In this document: in pieces, positions 27,559 to 41,000 of the stretch | Layout: every line of letters begins with the position of its first letter | How positions within the stretch are numbered: the first letter of the stretch is position 1 | DNA from: Trichinella spiralis | Taxonomy: Eukaryota | DNA: 64,000 nucleotides | Direction of reading: 5' to 3' | Assembly: GCF_000181795.1 (NCBI RefSeq) | Contig: NW_003526941.1 | Coordinates: forward strand, 1,267,859-1,331,858 | Made by a program: the position numbers and the translations under genes | Notes under the pieces: generated by a model | Databases searched by the model: none | Told to the model about the DNA's origin: nothing | What the model saw: the letters and a program-made list of their open reading frames with translations, nothing else

Positions 27559-27606
<48 letters not shown>
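27559..27606. repeat. (TA)n microsatellite upstream of the GPCR start codon
   Basis: Directly visible. Confidence 0.95.
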
Positions 27607-27611
<5 letters not shown>

Positions 27612-30600
27612 GCTGAGTGAATTTTTGTTGATCATGTTTTTAAAGTACATCATGGAGAAGAACAAATCGTCGTCTTTTGTTGATGTTTCTTAAGTGCAAG
27701 CAAAGTGCAGTGGTAGTAGGGCTGTTGGAAAAGCATGCTGATGCCATTCAAAAGGATGTTTCAAAACAGTCGGCAAATAATTCATATTGTAGACGTGCGC
27801 GATATTGATTTCAGTGGCACTTGGTTTTCTGAAACTCCTTTGTCATTTTCTTTTTCAGCAGCTAAATTTGACCACACGTCGCTGTCATTGCACAATGCTT
27901 TAATAGCAACTGAAAGTCAAAAAAGAAATAGATGAAAATTCAAACTGCTTATTCATGTAACTTTTGTATTTTCCAAGTAATATTTGTATAATATAGGGAA
28001 AATTTTTTATTTTATTTTATTTTATTCTGTTCTGTTTTGTTCTGTTGTATGTTTTAGTTTCAATAAAAATGAGGTATGTATGTGCAAAATAAAAATGAGA
28101 GCGGAGAGCCTTTTTTCGTGAGTATAATGTATGCAACGTATTTTGTATTTGACGCAAAGAGTTAGCTGCAAAAAGTTCGAATTTATTTGGAAAGTTTAAG
28201 TACATCTTTTTTTGTAAACGGACAACTTACATCTCTATTCTTATATCGTGTTAGGAAGTTGGATATCATGGGTTTTTTTGTTTTTTCTATTGCAGCTTTG
28301 CGTCGTCCTTTAATATGCTCAGTCAGTTCTCCTCAAATAAGAAAGCTAATACGCACACTCAAAATGCACACGTAAATATATGTCCAAAAATACACAAACG
28401 AGCAATTGCACATTATTATGCGCACAGTATATGTGCATTTATTTGAATGCTTTTGATTTAAATGTGTTATTATACAGCATACATAATGTATGGTAGTTAT
28501 TATTAGAGAAAATGAATATTTTTTATTCGTTCTCAGAGAATTCAGAAAATTTGAAGTAGATTCGATTTAGAGAAATCAATTTTGTTGAAGAAAAAAACTA
28601 GTGATAAACTATTTAACAACGTGTAATTGCAATATATGTGAAGATACTGCCGAAAATTAAAGTACAAAGATGTTTGCTTCTGATTAAATTTGATTATTGT
28701 TCAAAATTTAATACGCGCATATTTAAATTTTTTATAGGAATCCTGTGAATTTCAAAAGGGAAAAAAACGAACGCATTTTTATCGTTGGAGAGGACCGCAG
28801 AGTTTTCAACAGAGAAAATGTTCCCAAAGCGATTCCATAAGCAAGCAGTAAGTACGTCATTTCCTATTTCAATATTATTGAACAAAAGACAAAGTCTTGT
28901 CAAAACCGCGCTACTACTAGCTGTAACGATTGCTAGCTTTGGTTAGTTTTCTAGTTTTCTAGTGTTCAAGTGGGCAGGCAGGCAATTTATTTCAATCCAT
29001 TCTTCATTTCAGACTATTATTTTCAAAAATTAAATTCTTTATCAACAGCTAACATTCCGTAAAACCATGTTAATATGGAACGGTGCTGCCCGGAACTTCT
29101 TTAGGCGAGGTTTTCTTCACAAGCAGTCTGCTGGAAAATTATTGTGCATTTGACTGTTCAGGTATTTTCAGATATTGACAGAGATGCTTTGATGAAGGAT
29201 GCGACGTTGAAATGCGGTATTTAATTAGTTAAGATGATAATCCATTTTCTGTGAGCAAAACAAAGTGAAAAACCAAACAAACAGTACTCCCATGAGTAGT
29301 TATTATAGTAGTCTATCTCAATCACTTAAATTAGCTTCAGTCAGCAGGGTGCCATATTCTGCTTTAAAATGAATGGATGTGTATTTTGGATGAGTAAAAA
29401 AACTGGTGAAAACTGGGAAAGGAGATAAAAAACAGAGATTTATTTACATATTTTACATTTTGTGAAAGAAGAAGATGGAAATGCAATGCGATCTTAGGAA
29501 ACGGAATTGATCGATTTTCAGGTTCAACGGGCAGAAGGTTTTGCTTGCTGTGGTTGCTTTCTTCCTTCTTTGACTTTTCTCTCACTTACTAATAATAATA
29601 TATTACTTCTTTATGCGAACATTATTTCATTTCGAACAGATGGAATCAACAGTTAGAAAACAAAATAAAATATATACATATACGTATCCGTGTGGGTGTA
29701 TATAGTTTTTGAAAAATTTAACTTATTGTAAAAATTGTATTATTCAAATCAGTTGCTGTACGTGCTATGTATGTGAGGTTATTATTATTATTATTATTAT
29801 CATAGGAAGTGAAAATCGCGCAAGAAAGCGTGGACGCGTCGCGCGGTGATATCTGACACTCAATTACACTGCACTCTCTGTGCTGATTTTGAAGTTGTTG
29901 GTCAGATTGATCTAATCATTATGTATCCTTTGTCGAAGTGAAGTATTAAATGGAATTGTGCTGCAAGATGTTAGGTGAGAGGCGAAAAAATTAGTCTCAA
30001 TTGGTCCACTGTTTGCCAATAGTTGCCTGTAATCGTCATGTTCGACTCTTGACATTTGTCTGTCTGCGTCAGTGGAACGTAATTTATCCGCTTTGTTGTT
30101 GGAGTATTTTGAGGCTTTGTTCAACTTTATTTTTTTTTGTGTAAAAGCGGATTTTCATGTTGCACGCTTGTTTTACTTCTCTTATATTGAAAATTGCTAG
30201 AGAATTAATTATTTACTGATAATCGGCTCTTCTGTTTGGTTGAACTGGAATTGCATGTCAACCTGTGCTTGTTGGAACTTTCTTATTTAGTTTTTCCAGT
30301 GAAATTTTTATGTTCACACCAACAACAAGCAGCAAAGCCTAACCACACCGCCTGGTACTTGGATGGAAAAAAATTCTTGCTTTTTTCTCCAAAGAATTGA
30401 CATGGTAAAATAACAACGTCAAAATTTTATGAGATGCGTAATGATTTCAAAAAAATAGCATACAATGATGACGCAATATTAAGGACACAGTTTTTTACCA
30501 GAGGTGTAAAGGAAATGTAAATGGCTTTTTCTCCTCTTTTTATGATGATGAACTGAAGCTGTTGGTCACGAGTGCGTTTACCAACAGGAAGCGCATGGCG

Positions 30601-31899
30601 AGGCGAGCTTGTGGCTAGGGAAATGCAATGCATTGAGCACTGGTACATTCTCAAAGGAAATCAAGAAAGCTAAGAAATTTACAGCTGATCTTCTCACGAC
30701 AAAATTGTCAGAATAACACTTGTAATTTGGAATAAAAATAACTATCTGACCGCCGGTTGAAAGCATTTTTGTTCCATAGTTGAAATATTTCACGAAGAAA
30801 GAAAAGTTCCTGATTGTTCAAAAAGCAAAATTTCCAGATTTTCAGGATCAATTGTCCGGAGTTTTGGTTCCTTTGAAATTCAATCACTTATTACTTATCA
30901 CTTAAATAGCTTACGGCATTATACAAATGGGCGACATTGTTCATTTGAAGCGCTCATGTTCTTAGACTGATCCAAATTCTACCATTTATTTGTCGTAATA
31001 TAATATAGTATAATATAATATAATATTGTGCGTATTATAATTTCCTGGTCATCTAACTAACAGCTTGCTTAAGATAGTGATGGATTCTATTTTGTTTTAC
31101 CGCGAGATACTGAACACTCATTGTTTGCAATTCGAGTAAATAAATAAATAATCTAGAGATTTGCTGAAAATTCTTGCACATTCATGATCGAAAGTTCATT
31201 TACAATTTTGTATTTGCATATTATATTAAAATGTCACTACTGCTCAGTCACTTTATGACAGTCTATCAACAGCAGTGGAGTCCTTTTTGTGATAAGTCAT
31301 TTTGAAAGCTTTGTTGCCTCATTTCAAGAAGTCTCACTTATAAATGAACGATAGACTGTTTGGAATGTTAAACTGAACTATGTATGCATCTGCTACTTAA
31401 AACCAAGCAGCAGGACGTGAGCGTATTTTGTAAATTAAAGTTTGAATGTTCAGAGCAAAAGAATTTACCTGCTATATAAACAGGTGACTATCATAAGAGC
31501 ACGTCTAACTTTAACAAAGAACTCTTTAGTAGTGAAATAGGAACGTTAAATGCAATAGCAGAGGTAAATGAATTCTTCAGAATCGTAAAATACGCGCTAT
31601 ATACTTGGGAAAGTCTAATTTAACAACATCAGACACGGATCAAATTGTAGGCAATAACTTACGTGAGAAAAGGGAAGATGTTCTTCCCAAGTCTTCAATT
31701 TCAGGAAAATTTCTCTGGATGGAAAATTAGAATTGTAACTGATTTCGGTGAAGTTGTCGAATGCGGAACCAATCTGCGAAGTAAATGAATAGCGATAGAC
31801 TGGCAATGACACACCCAGACGTTGGCGGATCGATTGGTCATTGGTCGATGTTGAACAGTTGTTGAACGAGCAGTGTTCACGTAGTTGTTGTAATGAGAA

Positions 31900-32002
31900 T
31901 AATAATAACAATAGTGGTAGTATTAGTAGTAGTAATAATAGCAGTAGTAGGAGGAGGAGTTAGTAGTAGTAATATTAGTGGCGGTGGTAATATTAGTAAT
32001 AT

Positions 32003-32046
<44 letters not shown>
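31900..32046. repeat. Degenerate (AGT/AAT)n trinucleotide repeat
   Basis: Directly visible; produces a spurious poly-Ser ORF. Confidence 0.9.
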
Positions 32047-35000
32047 CATGTTGCTCAGTTCCACGTCAGGCAGGCAGATTGGTCTGAAAACTGAGGCATT
32101 TGTACCACAAACAGGGTCCAATTTTGCTAAATATCAGCTTTGCAAGAGTCGGTTTAACTTAATTTTTGGTCATTTACTAACGGAGAAGGAACGTTTAGCT
32201 GCTGGTTGATCGAATTCTATGACGTGGCACAGTGGTCAGCTAGGCTGAAATCATTTCCAACGTTTAACACAAAGTACTGCATGACCATCTGATAGAGTTC
32301 AATTACCCTCGAAAAGTGGCTAGCTGCTGCTTGAACAATTTCGTCTTTGCTGCTTTCAAAAAGACACACACGCCCATACAGGCACCAATGCAAAATCGCG
32401 TTTGCAGTGTATTGTTTTTGCTTTATAAGCGGAAAGTTGAAAGCGTAGGCGTGGTTATTGTTGTTGTTGTTGTTGTTGTTGTTGAGCTTCTTGGCTTTCG
32501 ATTTATCAAGCTTGTAATATGTATGTATGTTTATAAGCACAAAAATTGTTTTCTTCCATTCTCTTCTTATTGTCCATTTGTTGGTCTTTTCTTTTCAGCT
32601 TGCTGACTGTCGGTGAGTACAGTGAGTAGCTATGGAGAAAATTTACAATTAAAAAAAAGAAAAAGAGAAACTAATCCTTTTTCAAAACGTGCATAACGAG
32701 CGAGGTATGCTTTATCTATACAAATTCTGTTCTATTTTTGCATTTTCCTCTCAGCCATTTCGCATAATATTTAAACTATGCATTTTGCACGTATTGTTCA
32801 TGCACTATGCATTGTTTGTTGTTGAATTTTCGTTTCATAAGAGAGCATCATAAAATATTAAGGTTTTGTTTTCAATAGAAAGAGATATATCTGTTTACCT
32901 TATCATTAACTCCAACTGCGTGAAGTCGTAGCAGTAGTTTACACGCATCGCAAATGTAGTACAGCAAATCGGAAATCAACCTCTCATTGGAGAACAGTTA
33001 TTGTATTTGGTAAATTATCCAGGAAGGACATCTATATGGGCATGTAGAGTGGCGAATAAGTGTTGTGCTGCTTTGTTTTATAGCGGTTGAATTTTCTAAA
33101 GTGCAATTTTTGGCAGCCGTTGAACAAGTCCAAAAAATCGACGTCCAGTGTACATGATCGTGATTGATGTTGTCCGAAAGCAAGCGAAAGTCTTTTGACG
33201 GCCCACGGTCGTTCAGTTGACAGGCTAATTGAAATGTCGGCTTCGATTGGCGTTGAGAAGGAGACAGATGCCCAGGGAAGGCTAAAACGGCACGTGGATA
33301 CCAAATTGAGGTTGCTCTAGTGGAGAATTTATGATCACATGTGAATCACAGTCGGCCCCAAGTGTGCTGCGTTCGTCGCCGAGTGCGTGAAAGATGTGTA
33401 TTTATTGTTTTTCGCTAGCAACACGAATCCCAGTTCAGTGGAACTGTTCCATTGCTTTGACATCACTGCGTGGGAATAGAAGAATATTTTGGTATTTGAA
33501 GTGATGTTTGAAACTTCTATTTTTGGAAAACATCATGCATGTATACATACATACATATATATATACTTATTTATTTATTTATCTATTTTTCGATAGTTTC
33601 CTCGATCTGAAGTAGTAGTCAATTTCTGCTTGTCTTATGATGTAGCACAGTTTTGTCTGTCTGATACAGAGTTTCCGTTCGTCATGCGTTGAACTTTTCA
33701 CGTGTTCTTTGTGGCGTAACTTTTGGACGACTTGTTGAAATTTAAGACGTTTCACTGCTTGTTTAATGACATGTGACTCCTCCAAGCAACTCACACTCAC
33801 GTTCAACTCGTACGAAGATGAAAAATGACGGCAAAGGCGAGAGAGTGCTTTCTTTCACTGACAGCGGTTTCTTCAAACATTTCCATTGCATTAATTAAGG
33901 GTTATCTATTTTCTAATCAGTTTCCTTTGTTTTTTCTTCTTTTTGAAAATCCAAACGCCGACGTCTGTTTTCTGAAGATGCGGAAACAGCCGCAAACACC
34001 ACACCTCCGCCAAGTTCTACTTCAGCATTGCGTTAACAATTATCGATAGCCGCTGCCGTTCTGGCTGAGGCTAACAAAGTGATGACATTCATTCACAGCA
34101 GTTGGAATGATATTGTCGAAAGTCTTGAGTGTGGAAAGCTTGAAACGATCAGCACTGCACTTGTGGATTTGTTTTTATGTTTTTTTAAACTTTTTCAAAT
34201 GAAGTGGGAGTTAAATTTGATTAAAATTTCAAAGCCAGGTTCAAGATCTATTCAGTTGAACGTGTGCCATCAAGGCAAACCATATTGGCGAATGCAACAA
34301 AGCAAGAAGGAGACCAACAAATTGGAGTTGGTTTACAGAGGGTAGTTTGCAAGATTTTTATCATTCAACTCTACCTTATAATTGAAAACTCCAGGCGAAT
34401 AATAATAGCAACAACAGGAATATGTTTAAGCATGTATTTCAATAATTTTCATTTCATGACAAAGAATGATAATATTGATAGCTCCAGTTTCAAGCACGCA
34501 CAAGAAGCTGTGAATGCAGAAATGTAGTTTTATTTATGAGGTGTTTTTCCAGGTAAATATTTTTGATAGTGAGAAACAGATTAATCATTGAATGTTTGTG
34601 TAAACAAATATTCAAGCTAACATGCAGATCAACTGCTGAAAGGAACAAATGAAGGCAAGAAAGTTGGTAATGGAAAAAATGATAATTTCAAGGCAGTTGC
34701 TTTGCCTGGAAGTGGAAAATTTTGTGATTTTTGATTTTTGTTTTAAAATTTAATTAATTCATTATTCATTTGGCTTTTTGTCAAATATGCAACATGCTTG
34801 GTTACACCTTTTAAGTGAATAGACAATCAGATCGTTTAGGTTATAGAAGTTATGTATATTTGCTTTTTTGATTACTGTTGTTTCATTTGGCTATTTATGT
34901 TTTGAATTTTGTGTAGCTTGTCTACTTGTTAATGAAATTCTTATTGTCAGATCAATGGGTTGAAGCATTTGTTTGAGTCGTCCTTTTTTGTCGGCTGTCG

Positions 35001-38000
35001 TTCAAAAGGAAAACGCAATGCAACGAAGCCGTGCTTTGAACTTTTGATCCGCGCTATAAGATTGATTCTGCCTTGGCACAAACATCTGTCTGATGAAAAG
35101 GAGCATCATCAGATTGAACGTTAATCTACACTAGCTGTATTTATCATTTCTGTGATGCTTTGCCAACAGTTTGCGAGGGTTATTTCAATATTTTTAAATC
35201 ACGAATTTTTTCACAATTTTTATGTTTGGTCCAGTTGAAATTTTGATTTGTCTGATTGATCTACGGGAAATGACGATTGGTGTTGATCTGAATTTATTGA
35301 CATTTGGAAAGTTGTTTTAAGAACATTTTATCTGTAACATTTTTAAAAATTATTCGGTTACTTGTATATAGTACTAATATCTGAAATGCAAAGCTGATAT
35401 GTGTTCTTCGTTTCCGGAAGTAGAATTGTAGGGACGATTTTGATTAATAATAATTTCACCGACACTTAGGTTTTTTCTATTGCGTGTTCAGGTTGTACAT
35501 AATTGAATTCTGTCGTTGCTGAATCTCGTTTTTTGAATCTTAAATAGATTGCACGCAATTGATATTTACCAACTAGTGAAATGCACTGAAGAATATGGAT
35601 GAAGTTCGACAATTCAACTGTAAATAAATAGTTTGTTCAAAAAAGTCACCCAACTTAGTTTGTGCAACTCACGAAGCTAGCTATTCAATTGATTTCTTTG
35701 GATTTGATTGATGCAGTTGGTTTGCAAGCATTGTACGCTGATTCATTGTTACTACTGCTCAGTCACTTTATGGCAAACGCTTACAAATGCTTACAAAAAA
35801 CTTACACGAGTTGATGAATTCTAATAAATTAATAAGTCAGAATAAGTATACTCTTCAGCTCCTGCTGAATACAGGAAATAATATGAGTGAACGATATAGC
35901 TGCTGTGAACTTCCGTTAGTGACTACTTCCGTGAAATTTAAATATACTTTATGTCTTTAATGGTTTACGGTTCACCGTCCCAACGGGATCATGATGTGCG
36001 CATGAGCGCAAATTGAGGAGAAAATAATTTTTACACCGCTAATTCACTTAGCGAATTTGAAAATAATCAATCTGTTTATCGGAAAGAGGAACAGGGTTGA
36101 TGGAGAGACCATTTTTGGATAGTAAACTAATAAATTAAGTGCATCTTTGCAATGAATAAATGGACTCATCTCCAGGGTGATGTCAAACCGTTGTAATTGG
36201 AAATGACGTTGTTGCTTTTTCAACAGGGTAAGCGATGTTAATTGCTGTTGGCGAAGCACGCAGAATTAGCAGCAGTTAAAGCCTCCAGATTCAAATGAGG
36301 GCAATTTTATGCTGGAGTGTTGTTGTGTTGTGTGCCTTTTCAGAAAGCTATTTTAACTCTGTTTCTGTGAAACTGAGCTACATCAAAACTGCAACTGACA
36401 AATCTTTTGCTTACACCTGCAACAGGTGTCTTTTGCCCAAGGTCTTACAGCTCTCTCTGTATCTCTATCTCTTTCTGTTGAGCAGATAATATTTGCAGAA
36501 TTTTCAATTTTAATGCTTTACAAATTACATGCATCCAATTTACCCATAATTCATTATGTACAGTGAATGGATTTATTTGGCAAAAAATTAAGCAATTAGA
36601 AGCCAAATGTACACTTTGAAATTCATTTGTTAATTATATTGTATCCTGTTCGTTTCAAACTACTGTAGTAAATAATCAAAATTTTTGAAAGTTTTCAAAA
36701 CTTTCATCCTAATATAATAAGCTTTACTGATGATGATGATGAATCCGTTGCAAAAACCGCGATGATGCATGTTAATGTTTGCAGAATAATTTACAGATTT
36801 TCCATTAGTGAAATGATTGACTATCAAGTAATGTAATGGTACTAATAGAACCAACTATCTTATTTCTCAGATTAGATCAGCTTTGAATCATCAGTTTGTC
36901 ACAGCTTAGTCACAAATTTTGTGGCACTTGCAATTGTAAAGTTAAAGGTTTAAATAAAGCTGCGGCATTTAACAGGCATAGTACATGTTTTTTTGGGCAG
37001 ATGTATGTTTTACATTAACATTTAATAAATTAATGAAGGTGAATTTGCGTGTTGAAAAGAATTTTTTATGTGAACGTTTTCTTTAATTTATACGTAGATT
37101 GATGTGCGGTTGGGAATTTCAGTTTGCGTACGAATTCAGCATACTAAGTTCACAATAAAAATTTGACATTAAATTATCAGATCAAACACCTTTTGAATAT
37201 TCACTTCAATATTGGCTAATTGAAAATTACTTGATTTGATTAAGAGCTTCTGGTTAATAAGAGGTGGTTTGTTAAGGGGAAAATTGTAATTTTCTTTTCT
37301 TTCAATAACCGTACCATTTACTTACTTTGTGCATTGTAGGGAACAAATAAATTGCATTAGCATTAATTATTAAAGCAGCAATGGGAAATTGAGCGATTGT
37401 TTCAACAATTTCTTATTTTCATTTGTTCATCTTTGCTGTAACGTCGTTTTATCAATTTTATTCCTGTCTGTTAGTTAGTTTAGAAAATTTTTTTTATCAC
37501 TTACACTGATCTCACGCAGACAGTGGTCACGCGTTTCGAGAATGGCTGTGCTGTTCTTTTTGACGATTTCTTTTTTTCATAAGCATGCAGTTTTTATTGA
37601 ATAAACTGTTGCTGTATAAGGTAAAAACATATTACGATCCTTTTCAGTAACTGTTGCGATCTGATTTTATGGCGCGGGTTGATGATGAGTAGTTATGCGA
37701 TGAAACATTGTAAAATGTTTTGCAAATTTCTATTGACTTATTCAGAATTGCATGCTGCATTTGCTATTGCTATCTTCTTTGGCCTGAAGTGTGGTTTGTG
37801 ACTGAATTGGCTACATTTTTCAATAGTATACTTTTAATATTGAATTTACATCGTGTAAGCTTATTATGAGCTTCTGTTACTATTATTATTATTATTATTA
37901 TTATCAGCCAAGCTGTGTGTTATCTTTGGCTTTTTGCGCCTTCAGCGACTTTACCCTGTGCTTAGTAGTGAAAGTTGGATGGCGATCGCGTATTTTACCA

Positions 38001-41000
38001 CTGGCTATTATTTCATTTGAAAATGCAACGCGCCTGAATTCAATTCATCTACAATTGCGCATAGTTTTAACCGGTTATTGATATTCTGAGTTGAATTCAG
38101 CTTACCACGACTGAGGAAAACTGATAAAAAGATTTCCTCGAGGCAGCATCGAAATTTGTCTAACCTTTGCAGCGGCAGCCAACAATTTGCAAATTATTCA
38201 TCACTCTTTATTTGGAACGCAATTATGTTGCGCAGTTTGTTGATTTTGCATCACGATTATATATATGTGTATATATTTATTTGTGTATGTGTGTGTGTGT
38301 GTGTGTGAAACTTTTCTTTTAATAATATTGATGTTAATTGATTCAATTATAGTATTAAAAATTTTTATGTAAAAAACTTTATCTGGATTAATGTGAAATC
38401 GACAGTACTTGTTTTCACAATGGAACACTAATAAAATATTATGGAAATTCATCATCAAATTTGTAATATAATGAAGCAGAAAGATAACATTTTAGAAATG
38501 TACGCAGTATATTTCCGCTTTAGCTTCTTAGGTGAAAAAGAGTGAAAAGGGTGTATGGTGATGTATTTTTAACTTTACATATCACATGTAGTCGATTAGC
38601 AACAGCAGCACGCTGTAGTAGTACCCATCAGATATGATAGTATGCTGATTTGGTTGCCATTAGGCAAATTTATAATATGTGCTATGCTAAATCTTGATCA
38701 AATTGCTTTTAATAAAAAAAGTGTCATTGTTAAGGGATTCATTTTTCTTTCTCAGTGAAATAATATTCGCGATGTTTTGATTTATTCAAATCAGAATCAT
38801 TAAAAGCAACTGTTAGCGCCCATATCTTTGAACTTTTAACTGAGAAATTGGCGTTGCATTCGATTGATGAAAACATGTCAAAGCGCGTGATTTAAGGCAG
38901 GGCGAATTTAGAAGCGAAAGTTGAAGTTTTTTGAAAAGCAATTATAAACTGTTCATTATCTCATCTGAGAAACGTTTCCTGTTCTGGAAAACAATTTTTC
39001 AACTTTATTTTGCAAATATTTTTCATTAGAATGTTGGCGGATTTGTTTGCAATAAGGCATGATATTGTTTATGCGTAATTGACTCATTTCAAGAGCATTC
39101 TGGCTTTTATTTTATTATTTTTTGTTTAAATAATGTTGTTTTCTGAACAGTAAATACATAACAGTTGTTTTAAGCTAAAATTAATAACCTGGGATACAGG
39201 TAGTTGAGAATGGAAGTGGCAACAAGTTTTATGGAAGTATCATTACTGTAATAAAATTATTACAAGGAACTGCTTTTTGAGAAACCTTTTTGGCCAATTA
39301 ATTGTCTTATATAATAGATATTTTTCAGAATCTAATTCTCTGTCCATTGATCCTAAACTTTGAACGTTTTTTAAATCTAATGAAAAAGAATAAACGACGT
39401 TAGAATAATTGTAATGAATTTGTTTTTACAAATATTTAAGCACACAGACGTTTCCACAAGAGAAAGGTTTTGACTATGGAACATTAACTTATCTTATTAG
39501 CTGACAAATTATCTAGTTTCAGAATAGAATTCAGGTTAGACTGAATAAATTTAAATTCCAAAAAAATTAAATGCTTCGTTATGTTATGATACTATGAAAA
39601 AAAGCAGTCAGAGATGAATTTTGCATTATTCTACTGTAAAACCACTCACAAACCGTTTTCTTGTAAAACATACTGTTGATTGTTATAAAGCTTTTGTGAA
39701 TGGCACTATTGTAAGATACATAAACAGATGGAGAGTATGTTTTAAGATGTGAAGTCGAAAAATTTTAACCAGAATTCTACTACAGTCATTAATAATTATT
39801 TCTCTTTTTTGAATGCGAAGTGTATGTAAGAGCAGTTGTTTGAAAGCAGAAATTTACGATAGTTGTTTCAAATGTTTCCCTTACTTTATTACCTTTGCTT
39901 AATTGTTACAAGTTTACATGCAAGTTCATTTCAATTATATTGGAAACTTCTTGAAGACAGCTGTTTTTTTCTTGTTTGAGTCTTTCTTGTGCTTTCTGAT
40001 CTCTATTTCTCCATAAATGGTGCGTTTTAGCAATCATTGAGTTATATTTGTACAAGCAGGAATATTTTAGATGCTTTTAGCTTTGTAAATAGCGCTATGC
40101 ATAATTTCATAGAAAATGATCGAGCATTTGAAATGATTGCAAACGAACTGTTTGTTTTATGAAGCAGGCAAAAAACTGTCAAACAATACTTACAACAGGA
40201 GGAAACATTCTGCATCATTGCCTTTCGCATACGTTCCTGTGCTGTTCTGCATGTCATCACTGTTGTAGGTGTTGATATTAGCAGAGCATACAAAATGGAA
40301 CCATGTGAAGCTGAACATACGCTTTTCATATTGTTCTACAACTTGGCCGATGGTCAGCAGATGAAGACTTCGTAGGTGGAGAGTGGAGGAATCGATGCTA
40401 AGCTATGAACGATACAAGAAGCCGTAAATTGCAGTCATGATAAATTTGAAAACAGTTCTAAAAACTATTCACTTCACATTGAAAACGGTTAACATGGCTT
40501 CAGTTTGATGAATAAGTTTGATCAGGATAAACAGATCAGTGTAACAGTAATTCTTCACATGGTAATACAGCTGACGAGTGATAAATATGAGCATCAACTG
40601 TGAAAGGAAGATAGAAGCGTTGCTGCTGCTTTACCTGCTGTTCGCACGCTCAAAAATAATAAAAACAGATGCTGAACAAAACAATCACTGCTGCACTTCA
40701 ACCGTACAACCAACTAGATACTGTACTGCTTCATGGTTAACTTCACCTTGTGTGAAAAGAATTCCTGAATGGCTTTTAGTGGCGGTGCTTTTTGTGGTTG
40801 GGATATTAACATTCCGCTTTGACAGCTCAATTGGTCATCTGTTGACTTGAGAATTGGACTGCATCATAATGGATAATTATTGAGCATCATTTTGAACCCA
40901 ACAATTTTTGAGCAGCATCTTAGGTCCCAAGTTTATTGCTGTTATAGCACGCTGTGATAATTTTTACTTTTCAAGAAAAATACTTTATTTACTGGTAAGT

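Noticed and set aside
29923..29931. GTATCCTTT, matching the U12-type 5' splice consensus
   Set aside because: Not at any supportable exon boundary, and no matching branch site identified.
33030..33480. GC-richer block in the gene-poor region
   Set aside because: Short ORFs only, no recognisable protein or RNA motif; may be regulatory but cannot be supported.
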